A DNA stretch of 33,676 nucleotides from Anaerolineae bacterium (GCA_041082215.1 JBDOIF010000076.1:1-33676); one strand, 5' to 3'; shown: positions 24,485 through 33,499, counted from the stretch's first letter. The notes: a model not told the origin generated them from the sequence alone. Translations and numbers: made by a program.

Positions 24485-25930
24485 ATGCTCAAACTCTTTC
24501 GACACCGCAAACCCCGCCGGGTCCTGGTGGTGGGGTGGGATTGTGCTCCGCCGTCGGTGCTCTTCCACACCGGCAGCGAAAACCATCTGGGGCTGAGGGA
24601 CCAGCTCCCTAACCTGAGCCGCCTGCTCAGCGAGGGGGCCTACGGGCCGCTTTCCAGCTCTATCCCCTGCATCACCGTCCCGGCATGGACCTCGATGTTT
24701 GCCAGCAAGGACCCTGGTGTGCTGGGGTTCTACGGCTTTCGCAACCGGGCCGACTACTCCTACGACCGCATGTCCATCGCCACCGCCGACGCCATCCACG
24801 AAAAACGGGTGTGGGATATCCTGACCGAGGCAGGCAAAAGCTCCGTCGTCGTCGGCGTGCCGCAGACCTATCCGGTCAAGCCGCTGAACGGCTACCTGAT
24901 CTCCAGCTTCCTCACACCCAGCATCGAGCGGCAGTACACCTTCCCTCATGAGCTCCGCTACGAGATCGAGCGGGTCCTGGAGGGCCGCCCCTACGACCTG
25001 GACGTCCCCCAGTTCCGCACCGAGGACAAGGGTTACCTCCTCCGCCAGATCCAGGAGATGACCGAGAAGCGGTTTGCCGTGATCAGGTACCTCCTGCAGG
25101 AGAAGCGATGGGATTTCTTTGCGTTTGTGGAGATCGGGCTGGACCGCATCCATCATGGGATGTGGAAGTTCTGGGACCCTGTCCATCCCAAATATGAGCC
25201 GGATAACCCGTACAGGAGCGCCATCCCCGATTATTACCGCTACCTGGATCGGGAGCTGGGGGAGATCCTGGGGATGGTGGACGACGACACGGTGGTGCTG
25301 GTCGTCTCCGACCATGGCGCCAAGGCTATGGAGGGGGGCTTTGCCGTCAACGAGTGGCTCCGGCGGGAAGGGCTGCTGGTGTTAAAGGAGGAGCCGCCCT
25401 ACGAGGGGCTGGTCCCCTTCGAAAAGGTGGAGGTAGATTGGGAAAAGACCACTGCCTGGGGAGCTGGCGGGTACTACGCCCGCATCTTCCTCAACGTGGA
25501 GGGCCGGGAGCCGATGGGGAAGATCCCTGCCCGCGATTACGAGAAGGTGCGGGATCAGATCAAGGAAAAGATCGAGGCGCTGCCCGACCCCGAAGGGAAG
25601 CCGATGGGCTCGGTGGTCTTCAAGCCGGAGGAGCTGTACCGGGAGGTACGCAATATCCCGCCCGACCTGATCGTCTATTTTGGCAACCTGAGCTGGCGGT
25701 CGGTGGGTTCCTTCGGCCTGCCCGACGTCTACACCTTCGAGAACGACACCGGCCCGGACGATGCCAACCACGACCAGGACGGGGTCTTCATCCTCTGGGA
25801 CCCCCGTCGGAATCTGGGCGGGGAATATCTGGAGGGGCTCCAACTAATGGATGTGGCCCCCACGGTGCTGGACCTGATGGGGCTGCGCGTGCCGCCGGAC
25901 ATGCAGGGGAAACTGGTCCGGGTGGGATAA
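24485..25930 (+). CDS. Alkaline phosphatase superfamily, type I phosphodiesterase/nucleotide pyrophosphatase family protein
   Basis: GWDCA (metal Asp), PCIT (Thr nucleophile) VPAW, GLDRIHH, SDHG, ANH. Start is ATG 24485; 24467 is an alternative. Confidence 0.9.
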   Translation: MLKLFRHRKPRRVLVVGWDCAPPSVLFHTGSENHLGLRDQLPNLSRLLSEGAYGPLSSSIPCITVPAWTSMFASKDPGVLGFYGFRNRADYSYDRMSIATADAIHEKRVWDILTEAGKSSVVVGVPQTYPVKPLNGYLISSFLTPSIERQYTFPHELRYEIERVLEGRPYDLDVPQFRTEDKGYLLRQIQEMTEKRFAVIRYLLQEKRWDFFAFVEIGLDRIHHGMWKFWDPVHPKYEPDNPYRSAIPDYYRYLDRELGEILGMVDDDTVVLVVSDHGAKAMEGGFAVNEWLRREGLLVLKEEPPYEGLVPFEKVEVDWEKTTAWGAGGYYARIFLNVEGREPMGKIPARDYEKVRDQIKEKIEALPDPEGKPMGSVVFKPEELYREVRNIPPDLIVYFGNLSWRSVGSFGLPDVYTFENDTGPDDANHDQDGVFILWDPRRNLGGEYLEGLQLMDVAPTVLDLMGLRVPPDMQGKLVRVG

Positions 25931-25986
25931 AACCACAGAGACACAGAGGACGCGGAGTTCTGCACCGTTTCTCCGCGTCCCCGTGT
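25931..25986. repeat. CACAGAG-type inverted multi-unit intergenic element, copy D
   Basis: aac-CACAGAG-a-CACAGAG-ga-CGCGGAG ... CTCCGCG-tc-CCCGTGT; begins immediately after TAA, between convergent genes. Confidence 0.8.
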
Positions 25987-26009
25987 TCCCCTATCTTCGA
26001 CTCTCCGCG

Positions 26010-28079
26010 CTACTTCTCCTGCTCCCGTTCCTGCTTAGACGCCTCGATGATCTGCTGGGCCAGGTGGGCGGGAACCTCCTCGTAGTGGTCGAATTCCATC
26101 GAGAAGAGGCCCCGTCCCTGGGTCATGCTGCGCAGGTCGGTGACGTATCGTCGCATCTCGGCCAGCGGGGCCAGGGCGGTGATGATGCTCTTATTGCCCT
26201 GTTGCTCCATCCCCAGCACCCGCGCCCGCTTGGTGTTCAGATCGCCCATCACGTCGCCGGTGTACTCCTCCGGTACGGTGATCGTAACCCTGTAGATCGG
26301 CTCCAGAAGCACAGGCCCCGCGCCGAGCATCACCTTCTTGAACGCCTCCCGCCCGGCGATCTGGAAGGCGATGTCCTTCGAGTCCACCGGGTGTTCCTTC
26401 CCGTCGTAGACCACGGCGCGGACGTCCACCACCGGATAGCCGGCGATGACCCCCTGTTCCAGCACCTGTCGGATCCCCTTTTCGATGGACGGCTGGAAGG
26501 AGGAGGAAATGGCGCCGCCGAAAACCTCCCATCCGTATTCGAAGCCGGCGCCCCGCGCCAGCGGCTCCAGCCGCATATGGACCTCAGCGAACTGGCCCGC
26601 GCCGCCGGTCTGCTTCTTATGGCGGTACTGGTCGGCGTTGACCTTGGTGATGGTCTCCCGGTAGGGGACCTTGGGGATGGCGGTTTCCACACCGACGCCG
26701 AATCGGTTTTCCATCCGCCGCACGGCGATCTCCACGTGCGCCTCTCCCATCCCCTCCAGGATCGTCTCCCGGGTGCTGGGCTCCTGGTGCCAGCGGAGGG
26801 TGGGGTCCTCCTCGCAGATGCGGGTGAGGGTTGGCCCCATCTTGGCCTGGTCCGCCTTGCTCTTGGGGCGGACGGCGATGGCGAAGAGGGGATGAGGGAA
26901 GGAGATGCCCGGCAGGTGGACGGGGTGTCCCCGGTCGCAGAGGGTGTCGCCGGTCAGGGTGACGGTCAGCTTCGCCACTGCACCGATGTCCCCCGGTCGC
27001 AGCCGCTGGACGGGGATCTGCTCCTTGCCCCGCATCACGTAGAGGGTGCCCAGCCGCTCCTCCGCCTCCGCCCGGCTGTTCCACACCCGGCTGTCGGACT
27101 CCATCACCCCGCCGTAGACCCGGAAGTAGGTGAGCTTGCCCACGTAGGGATCGGCGGCGGTCTTAAAGACGAGCGCCGCCAGGGGGGCCAGCTCGCTGGG
27201 CGCGATCTCCTCTTCGCCGGCCGGGCCTGTCGCCTGGACCGGACCCCGATCGGCGGGGGAGGGGGCGAAGGCCGCCAGCGCATCCATCAGCGCATGGGTC
27301 CCGATGTTCTCCGTAGCAGCCGCCGCCAGGACAGGGATCACCGCGCCGCTTAGAATGGCTGCCCGCAGCCCCCGGGTGATCTCCTCATCGGTCAGCTCCT
27401 CCCCTTCCAGATACTTCATGATCAGCTCGTCGTCTCCCTCGGCGGCCGCCTCGATCAACTGGACGCGGGCTTCCTGTGCCCGTTCCACCATGTCGGCGGG
27501 GATGTTAGCCGTCTCGCCCTTCGTTCCCATACGCGCCTTCATCTTCACCAGGTCAATCACCCCGGCGAAGTTCCCTTCGGCGCCGATGGGAAGGGTAAGG
27601 GGCACAAAGTTGCCCTTGAATGCCCCCCGCAGTGCCTGGAGCGTGCGGTCGAAGTTGGCGTTCTCCCGGTTCATTTTGTTAACCAGCACCATACGGGGCA
27701 GCCCCTGCTGGTCCGCGTAGCTCCACATCAGCTCCGTGCCCACTTCCACGGCGCTGACGGCATCTACCAGCACCAGCGCCAGGTCCGCCACACGGATGGC
27801 GCTGATGACCTCCCCGATGAAGTCCGTATATCCGGGCGTATCCAGCAGGTTCAGCTTGTGGCCATTCCATTCGACCGGAACCAGGGCCGAGCTGAGGGAG
27901 ATGCGGCGGCGGATCTCTTCTTCGTCGAAATCTGCTACCGTGGAGCCGTCTTCCACCCGTCCCATCCGGTTGATCGCGCCGCTGGCAAAAAGCAGAGCCT
28001 CCACCAGGGAGGTCTTTCCACTGCTGCCGTGGCCGAGCACGACGACGTTGCGCAGTTGTTCAGTGGCGTATTCCTTCAA
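26010..28079 (-). CDS. fusA: Elongation factor G paralog (EF-G2-like), 689 aa
   Basis: TTG 28079 after SD AGGAGGAG; G1 GHGSSGKT, G3 DTPGY, G4 NKMN, EEDPT, GMGEAH, HKKQTGGAGQF, LRSMTQGRG. It is not in an rpsL-rpsG-tuf context. Confidence 0.93.
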   Translation of the reverse strand: MKEYATEQLRNVVVLGHGSSGKTSLVEALLFASGAINRMGRVEDGSTVADFDEEEIRRRISLSSALVPVEWNGHKLNLLDTPGYTDFIGEVISAIRVADLALVLVDAVSAVEVGTELMWSYADQQGLPRMVLVNKMNRENANFDRTLQALRGAFKGNFVPLTLPIGAEGNFAGVIDLVKMKARMGTKGETANIPADMVERAQEARVQLIEAAAEGDDELIMKYLEGEELTDEEITRGLRAAILSGAVIPVLAAAATENIGTHALMDALAAFAPSPADRGPVQATGPAGEEEIAPSELAPLAALVFKTAADPYVGKLTYFRVYGGVMESDSRVWNSRAEAEERLGTLYVMRGKEQIPVQRLRPGDIGAVAKLTVTLTGDTLCDRGHPVHLPGISFPHPLFAIAVRPKSKADQAKMGPTLTRICEEDPTLRWHQEPSTRETILEGMGEAHVEIAVRRMENRFGVGVETAIPKVPYRETITKVNADQYRHKKQTGGAGQFAEVHMRLEPLARGAGFEYGWEVFGGAISSSFQPSIEKGIRQVLEQGVIAGYPVVDVRAVVYDGKEHPVDSKDIAFQIAGREAFKKVMLGAGPVLLEPIYRVTITVPEEYTGDVMGDLNTKRARVLGMEQQGNKSIITALAPLAEMRRYVTDLRSMTQGRGLFSMEFDHYEEVPAHLAQQIIEASKQEREQEK

Positions 28080-28128
28080 CCCAACTCCTCCTCTTTCAAC
28101 CAAAAAGGTCCTTTCTTCAAGCCCCGCT

Positions 28129-28157
28129 ATTCTAAATGAGAATGGGCGAACTGTCAA
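28129..28157 (-). promoter_or_regulatory. Sigma70 promoter for the EF-G paralog
   Basis: Minus strand TTGACA(28157-52)-17 nt-TAGAAT(28134-29). Confidence 0.7.
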
Positions 28158-28193
28158 CAGCAGCAGCCCCACATCCCGGTTTGCGGGTTTCGG

Positions 28194-29882
28194 TCACCGC
28201 CGACCTGAGCGGAGGATGGAGAGGATCAGCCAGACTCCCAGCAGGCTGACGCCGAGAAAGCCAGCGATGATGACGGCGGTGATCAGCCCTCCCCGCTCCG
28301 CCAGACGGAAGGCGGGGATCAGGAGCGCCAGCCCCACAATCAGCGCCGCCAGGAGCAGGCTCAGCGAAATGCGGTTGGCCAGCCGGTCCAGCCGGGCCAG
28401 CGCCTCATCCAGCCCCCGGTGGTGGAGCGTCACCTCCAGCTCTCCACGCTCCGCCTGGGTGAGCAGCCGGCTGCCGACGCGGGGCAACAGGGTCAGGAGG
28501 AAGCTCCACTCCGACGCACTGCGCAGCACCGTCGGCCCCCAGTCGGCGGGGGAGACCATCTGGAGGATAAACCGCCGCACGTATGGCTCGGAGACGGCGA
28601 AGGGGTCGAAATCCGGGCAGAGCTTCAGCCCCACCCCCTCCATCATCGCCAGCGTCTTGCCCAGCAGCCACAACTCGGAAGGAAGCCGCAGGTGGTGGCG
28701 GAAGGCGATAGGCATCGCCTCCTGCATGATCTCCCCGGCCCGGATCGCCTTCAACGGCAGGCCCTGGTACTTGCGGAGCAGCCTTCCTACATCCCGCTGC
28801 AACCTCACCCGGTCCACCTGCCCACCCACCATACCCATCCGCACCAGCTGGTCCACCACCCCTTCCTCGTCGAGCTGGACCACGTAGATGTAAAGCCGGA
28901 TCAGGTCGGCCCGGTCCCGTCGGCTGAGGTAGCCGACCATGCCGAAGTCCATTGCGCCGATGACCTCCCCCTCCATCACCACAAAGTTGCCCGGATGGGG
29001 ATCGGCGTGGAAGAAGCCGTCCTCCAGGACCTCTTTGACGATCATCCGCGTGGCATGGAGAGCCACCCGGTACCGGTCGTATCCCGCCGCATCCAGCGCC
29101 TCCGCGTCGTCTATCTTGACCCCGTAGATCCGTTCCAGCACCAGCACCCGATGGGTGGTGTAGTCCCAGTGGACCCTGGGGATGTACAGGTACGGCTCGT
29201 CGGTGAAGTTGGCGCGGAACCGATCGGCGTTCAGCCCTTCCCGGTAGAAATCCAGCTCCGCCCGGAGGGTTGTGGCGAACTCCTCCACGATCCCCGGCAG
29301 GTCGTACATCCTCCCCAGCGGCGTGCGCTCCTGCAGGAGTCGAGCTACGTCGGCCAGAATCTCCAGGTCGGTCTCAACGGTCTGTTCGATGGCCGGCCGC
29401 TGGACCTTCACCACCACCTCCGTCCCGTCGGGGAGGGTGGCGGGATGGACCTGGGCGAGGGAGGCGGCGGCGAGGGGGGTGGGGTCAAAGGAGGCGAACA
29501 GTTCATCCAGCGGTCTGCCCAGCTCCGCCTCGATCTGGGCCTTCACTGGCTCCCAGGGGCCGGGGGGGACGGTATCCTGAAGGCGGGCCAGCTCGGCGAT
29601 GTAGGCGGGGGGGAGCAGGTCGGGGCGGGTGCTGAGGACCTGGCCCAGCTTGATGAAGGTGGGGCCAAGCTCCTCCAGCGCCATCCGCAGGCGGCGGGGC
29701 GCGCCCAGGGGGGGGCCGCCCGGCCGGAGTCGGCGCAGGACCCGGCGGGGGAAGCCGCCGTGGGGCAAAAGCTCCACGGCCTCCATCAGCTCGCCGAAGC
29801 CGTGACGGATAAAGACCTGGCCGATCTTCTGGAAGCGGCGCAGGTGGCGGATCCCCCTTGTCGGCAGCCCCATCACACCCAT
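28194..29882 (-). CDS. AarF/ABC1/UbiB-family atypical kinase with C-terminal TM helices
   Basis: LGPTFIKLGQ (KxGQ), AAASLAQVH, VKVQ, HADPHPGN, DFG. Exact start is uncertain (29882, 29876 or 29873). Confidence 0.93.
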   Translation of the reverse strand: MGVMGLPTRGIRHLRRFQKIGQVFIRHGFGELMEAVELLPHGGFPRRVLRRLRPGGPPLGAPRRLRMALEELGPTFIKLGQVLSTRPDLLPPAYIAELARLQDTVPPGPWEPVKAQIEAELGRPLDELFASFDPTPLAAASLAQVHPATLPDGTEVVVKVQRPAIEQTVETDLEILADVARLLQERTPLGRMYDLPGIVEEFATTLRAELDFYREGLNADRFRANFTDEPYLYIPRVHWDYTTHRVLVLERIYGVKIDDAEALDAAGYDRYRVALHATRMIVKEVLEDGFFHADPHPGNFVVMEGEVIGAMDFGMVGYLSRRDRADLIRLYIYVVQLDEEGVVDQLVRMGMVGGQVDRVRLQRDVGRLLRKYQGLPLKAIRAGEIMQEAMPIAFRHHLRLPSELWLLGKTLAMMEGVGLKLCPDFDPFAVSEPYVRRFILQMVSPADWGPTVLRSASEWSFLLTLLPRVGSRLLTQAERGELEVTLHHRGLDEALARLDRLANRISLSLLLAALIVGLALLIPAFRLAERGGLITAVIIAGFLGVSLLGVWLILSILRSGRR

Positions 29883-29910
29883 CGCTCCCCCCCGCGTCTC
29901 CGCGTCTATA

Positions 29911-30789
29911 CTACCTCTCCCTCACCAGCTCCTTGATCCGCGGCAGGGCCTCCCGGGCCGCCCGTTCCCCGGCAGCGATGATCTCCGGCGCGCGGGTGAG
30001 GCCGGTGAGGACGGTGACCCCCGCCGGGATGGGAGGGCGGATCAGCACGTCGGGGCGAGCCTCCTCCAGGCTGCGCCGGTTGGCTTCCCGCATCATCACC
30101 GCCACCGACCGCCAGAGCACCTCCAGCATTTCGACCAGGCTGTCGGGGATGAACCGGCGGTGGTACAGCCCCTCGGCGAAATAGGCCACCGCCCTGTCGT
30201 CGGTGGAGACGTCCACCGCGATCACCACATCGGCCCCCATCCGACGGACCACGTCGGCAGGGAGGTTGTCCAGGAGACCCCCATCCACCAGCAACTGGCC
30301 GTCCCGCTCCACCGGAGTGAAGAGGCCCGGCAGGGCAATGGTAGCCCGCACCGCCTCCAGCACCGAACCTTCGTTCAGAACCACCTTCTCCCCTTCCAGC
30401 AGGTCCACCGCGACCACTGCCAGCGGGATGCGAAGCTGATCGAAGGTCACCTCCCCGATCCGGTGGGCCAGGTACTCCCTCACCTTCTGCCCGGCCAGGA
30501 GCCCTCGGCGGGGAAGGCTGCGGTCAAGGAGGCCGATCAGTTGGCGGGGGTTGGACAGTCGAAGGGCCTCTTCCTCCAGCTCACGGGGGGATAGGCCCGC
30601 AGCGTAGGCCGCGCCGACAAGTCCCCCCGCGCTGGTGCCGGCAAGGAAGTGGATGGGGATGCCCTCCTGCTCCAGCACCTTCAGCACGCCGATGTGGGCC
30701 AGCCCCCGCGCCCCGCCGCCGCTCAGCGCCAGCCCGACCCTGGGGGCCGGCCGCCGACGCCCGAAAAGCCTTGCCAGGAAATCTGCCAT
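29911..30789 (-). CDS. Patatin-like phospholipase (RssA/NTE family)
   Basis: LSGGGARG, GTSAG nucleophile elbow, DGG; ATG 30789 with GAGGG upstream. Confidence 0.93.
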   Translation of the reverse strand: MADFLARLFGRRRPAPRVGLALSGGGARGLAHIGVLKVLEQEGIPIHFLAGTSAGGLVGAAYAAGLSPRELEEEALRLSNPRQLIGLLDRSLPRRGLLAGQKVREYLAHRIGEVTFDQLRIPLAVVAVDLLEGEKVVLNEGSVLEAVRATIALPGLFTPVERDGQLLVDGGLLDNLPADVVRRMGADVVIAVDVSTDDRAVAYFAEGLYHRRFIPDSLVEMLEVLWRSVAVMMREANRRSLEEARPDVLIRPPIPAGVTVLTGLTRAPEIIAAGERAAREALPRIKELVRER

Positions 30790-30838
30790 CCTTTTACCCT
30801 CTGTCCCCACCACTGAGATAAGATTAGACAGCTCTATA

Positions 30839-30953
30839 AATCACGAATCCTCCGAATCAGGCAGATGACACGAATTATGCCAAACAGGCTGAAATAAGCC
30901 AGAATTGCCCGGAGACATTCGTGAGATTCGACCTGTTCGCGTCATTCGCAATT
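30839..30953. repeat. CACGAAT-type 9-nt-period inverted four-unit intergenic element
   Basis: aat-CACGAAT-cc-TCCGAAT-ca-GGCAGAT-ga-CACGAAT ... ATTCGTG-ag-ATTCGAC-ct-GTTCGCG-tc-ATTCGCA-att. Confidence 0.8.
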
Positions 30954-30980
30954 CAGGTCAATCATCAGCCGTCTGTGGGA

Positions 30981-31009
30981 AGTATACAACGTGGGGTTGG
31001 GAAAGTCCA
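30981..31009 (-). promoter_or_regulatory. Possible promoter for the patatin-aarF operon
   Basis: Minus strand TGGACT-17 nt-TATACT. Confidence 0.4.
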
Positions 31010-31020
31010 GCGGGTTACTG

Positions 31021-31048
31021 TTGTGACCCCTCCACGGTGTGCTATAAT
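31021..31048 (+). promoter_or_regulatory. Promoter for the DUF3048 lipoprotein gene
   Basis: TTGTGA-16 nt-TATAAT with extended -10 TGc. Confidence 0.6.
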
Positions 31049-31079
31049 ACCCCCGCAACTTCTCCTGAGGTGAACGCCC

Positions 31080-32264
31080 ATGAAGAGTCCGCACCGAAAC
31101 CGTTTACAGCTCCTGTTGGCGACGGCGGGCTTTCTGGCCCTCATCTCCCTGATCGGCGGGATGGCAGGTTGCGGCGGCGCCTCCCTTTCCCCCACCTCCA
31201 CCCCTACCCGCACGCCCCGTCCCCCCGACACTCCCGCCCCGCCCCCGCCAACCCCCACGCCGACCGTCGCCTTCACGCCGACCCCCACCCCCTTCCCTGC
31301 CGACGTCAATCCCCTCACCGGCGAACGGGTGGAAGACCCGGCTCTGCTGGACCGGGTGCCGGTGGCGATTAAGATTGACAACTTTCCCCCCAACCAGGTC
31401 TGGCCCCAGTTCGGCATCACCGACGCCGACATCATCTACGAACATTACAACGAGGGGTTCCTTTACGGCACCCGCTGGACCGCCATCTACCTGGGGAAGG
31501 ACCCGGCGCAGGTGGGGAACGTCCGCAGCGGACGGCTGATTGACCTGGAGCTGGCGGCCATCTACAAAGCGGTGCTGGCCTGCTGGGGCTTCAGCAACGG
31601 GCTGCGGGACATCTTCCTCAACTCCGACCTCTACCCCGACCGCGTCGTCTCCTACAGTCTGGGCAATACCGGGCCGATGGACCCCTTCTACCGGGACACC
31701 ACTTCCGGACGGGTGGCGCCGTTCAACGGCTATACCAACCCCGAGCGGGTGCGGGCCTGGGCAGAGGCCCACGGCGTCAGCGGCCGGCAGGAGGGGCTGG
31801 AGGGGATGGTCTTCTCCGAGGAGCCGCCGGAAGGAGGGACCCCGGCGACCCGCATCCTCATCCCCTGGCACAGTATGGACGCGGAATGGGTGTACGATGA
31901 GGACACCGGTCGCTACCTCCGCTTCAGCCGTGGGACCCCCCATATAGATGCCCGCGATGGGACGCAGCTCAGCGCGGCCAACGTCGTTGTGCTGTACGTC
32001 TCCCAGTGGCTCACCGATATCGTCGAAGAGCCACACAGCGGCCTGCTCTCCATCCAGTGGGCGCTCTGGAACCAGGATAACCCTTACCGGCGGGCCCTCA
32101 TCTTCCGCGATGGGGTCAGGCTGGTGGGGATCTGGAACCGGGCGGAGCGGTGGGATATGCTCACCCTCACCGACGAGGCAGGCAACCCCATCCCCCTCAA
32201 GCCGGGCAACACCTTCTTCGAAGTGGTCCCCACCGAAGGGTTGGAGGTGGTCGTTGAGCCTTAG
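31080..32264 (+). CDS. DUF3048-family lipoprotein
   Basis: Lipobox MAGC, Pro/Thr linker, 'NPLTG', 'PVAIKIDN', 'PQFGITDADIIYE', 'VGNVRSGR', 'PLKPGNTFFEVV'. Confidence 0.88.
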   Translation: MKSPHRNRLQLLLATAGFLALISLIGGMAGCGGASLSPTSTPTRTPRPPDTPAPPPPTPTPTVAFTPTPTPFPADVNPLTGERVEDPALLDRVPVAIKIDNFPPNQVWPQFGITDADIIYEHYNEGFLYGTRWTAIYLGKDPAQVGNVRSGRLIDLELAAIYKAVLACWGFSNGLRDIFLNSDLYPDRVVSYSLGNTGPMDPFYRDTTSGRVAPFNGYTNPERVRAWAEAHGVSGRQEGLEGMVFSEEPPEGGTPATRILIPWHSMDAEWVYDEDTGRYLRFSRGTPHIDARDGTQLSAANVVVLYVSQWLTDIVEEPHSGLLSIQWALWNQDNPYRRALIFRDGVRLVGIWNRAERWDMLTLTDEAGNPIPLKPGNTFFEVVPTEGLEVVVEP

Positions 32265-32838
32265 GCGCTGGTTTTTCGACCTGCGGTACCTTCGGGGGCG
32301 CGCCCCGTGGGATACGGAGCAGACCCCTCCGGAGGTGGTGGCGCTGGTCGAGAGAGGGGAAATGGCTCCCGGCCAGGCGCTGGACCTGGGGTGCGGCACC
32401 GGCACGAACAGCATTTACCTGGCCCGGCACGGCTGGGAGGTGGTGGGGGTGGATTTCTCCGGGGTAGCGATCCGGAGGGCGCGGCGAAAGGCTTGCCAGG
32501 CAGGGGTGAACGTCCGCTTCTACCGCGCTGATGTAACCGATCTTTCCTTCCTCGAAGGTCCGTTCGACCTGGCGCTGGACATCGGCTGCCTGCACAGCCT
32601 GCCGGAGGCGGGGAGAGCGCGGTACGCGGCAGAGCTGAAGCGGCTGGTACGGCCCGGCGGTCTCTACCTGCTCTACGCCTTCACCCCCCGCCCGGGCCGT
32701 GCCGTCTCCCGCGGCGTCGCGCCAGGGGAACTCCCACGCCTTTTTGGCTCAGCCTTTGTTATAGAGAGAGAAGAGGGCGGGGCTGACCCCTCAGGGCCGT
32801 CTTCGGCATGGTACTGGATGCGGCGCAGCCCTCTGTAA
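32254..32838 (+). CDS. Class I SAM-dependent methyltransferase (TPMT/TehB-like)
   Basis: TTG 32254 with GGAGG 6 nt upstream; 'PWD', motif I LDLGCGTG, GVDFS, FDLALDIGCLH. Confidence 0.88.
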   Translation: MSLRRWFFDLRYLRGRAPWDTEQTPPEVVALVERGEMAPGQALDLGCGTGTNSIYLARHGWEVVGVDFSGVAIRRARRKACQAGVNVRFYRADVTDLSFLEGPFDLALDIGCLHSLPEAGRARYAAELKRLVRPGGLYLLYAFTPRPGRAVSRGVAPGELPRLFGSAFVIEREEGGADPSGPSSAWYWMRRSPL

Positions 32839-32867
32839 CCTGTTCACCTCTGGAAGGGCCGGCACGA

Positions 32868-33419
32868 TCAGTCAGGGCTGACTGTGAGACGGGTGAGGGC
32901 ATCCCGGAAGAGGGTGAAAGCGCTGGGGCCGTAGAGGCAAAAGATCACCCGCTCCAGGCCCGTCTCCCCTTCCAGGTATTCCTTAGCAGCCCGGAGCATC
33001 ACCTCCGCCGCCTCCTCCATCGGGTAGCCGAAGATGCCGGTGCTGATGGCTGGCAGGGCGATGGACCGCAGCCTATGTTCGTCGGCCAGCCGCAGGGCAG
33101 AGCGGACCGCTGAGGCCAGGAGCTGGGCCGAGCGGGGGGTGGAGTCGTACACCGGCCCCACCGCGTGGATGACATAACGGGCCTTAAGCCTGCCCCCCGA
33201 TGTGATGGCAGCGGAGCCGGTCGCCACCCGCCCGTGGCGACGGACCCACTCATCGCTTTCCCGCTGAATGGCCGGGCCTCCCTTGCGGACAATGGCCCCT
33301 GCCACCCCACCGCCATGGGCCAGAAACTCGTTGGCGGCGTTGACGATGGCGTCCACCTCCAGCTCGGTGATGTCCCCTTCGATCAGCTCCAGGATGGTGT
33401 GGCGGATTTGAACCTGCAT
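32868..33419 (-). CDS. Macro domain protein (O-acetyl-ADP-ribose deacetylase / ADP-ribosylhydrolase, YmdB-like)
   Basis: GDIT, DAIVNAAN, HGGGVAGAI, VIHAVGP, PAISTGIFGYP. Confidence 0.95.
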   Translation of the reverse strand: MQVQIRHTILELIEGDITELEVDAIVNAANEFLAHGGGVAGAIVRKGGPAIQRESDEWVRRHGRVATGSAAITSGGRLKARYVIHAVGPVYDSTPRSAQLLASAVRSALRLADEHRLRSIALPAISTGIFGYPMEEAAEVMLRAAKEYLEGETGLERVIFCLYGPSAFTLFRDALTRLTVSPD

Positions 33420-33429
33420 GGGTCTTCTC

Positions 33430-33499
33430 CGTCAGGCGTCAAACGTCAGGCGTCAACCGTCAGGCGTCAAACGTCAGGCGTCAAACGTCAGGCGTCAGG
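33430..33499. repeat. Heptamer tandem array (CGTCAGG/CGTCAAA alternating) x10
   Basis: cgtcagg cgtcaaa cgtcagg cgtcaac cgtcagg cgtcaaa cgtcagg cgtcaaa cgtcagg cgtcagg. Confidence 0.95.

Noticed and set aside
28419..29936. 505-aa plus-strand ORF (likewise 3862-5340, 12167-13459, 23167-24399, 25983-27353, 31104-32414)
   Set aside because: All lie opposite well-supported genes and have typical shadow composition.
31948..32253. N-terminal 102-aa extension of the methyltransferase ORF (and similar extensions at 9760, 18675, 28172, 30813)
   Set aside because: These overlap upstream genes or promoters, and better SD-supported starts exist downstream.
32868..33419. Macrodomain as a DarG antitoxin or anti-phage component
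   Set aside because: It is a stand-alone YmdB-like domain with no DarT, sirtuin or other defence gene in the visible neighbourhood.
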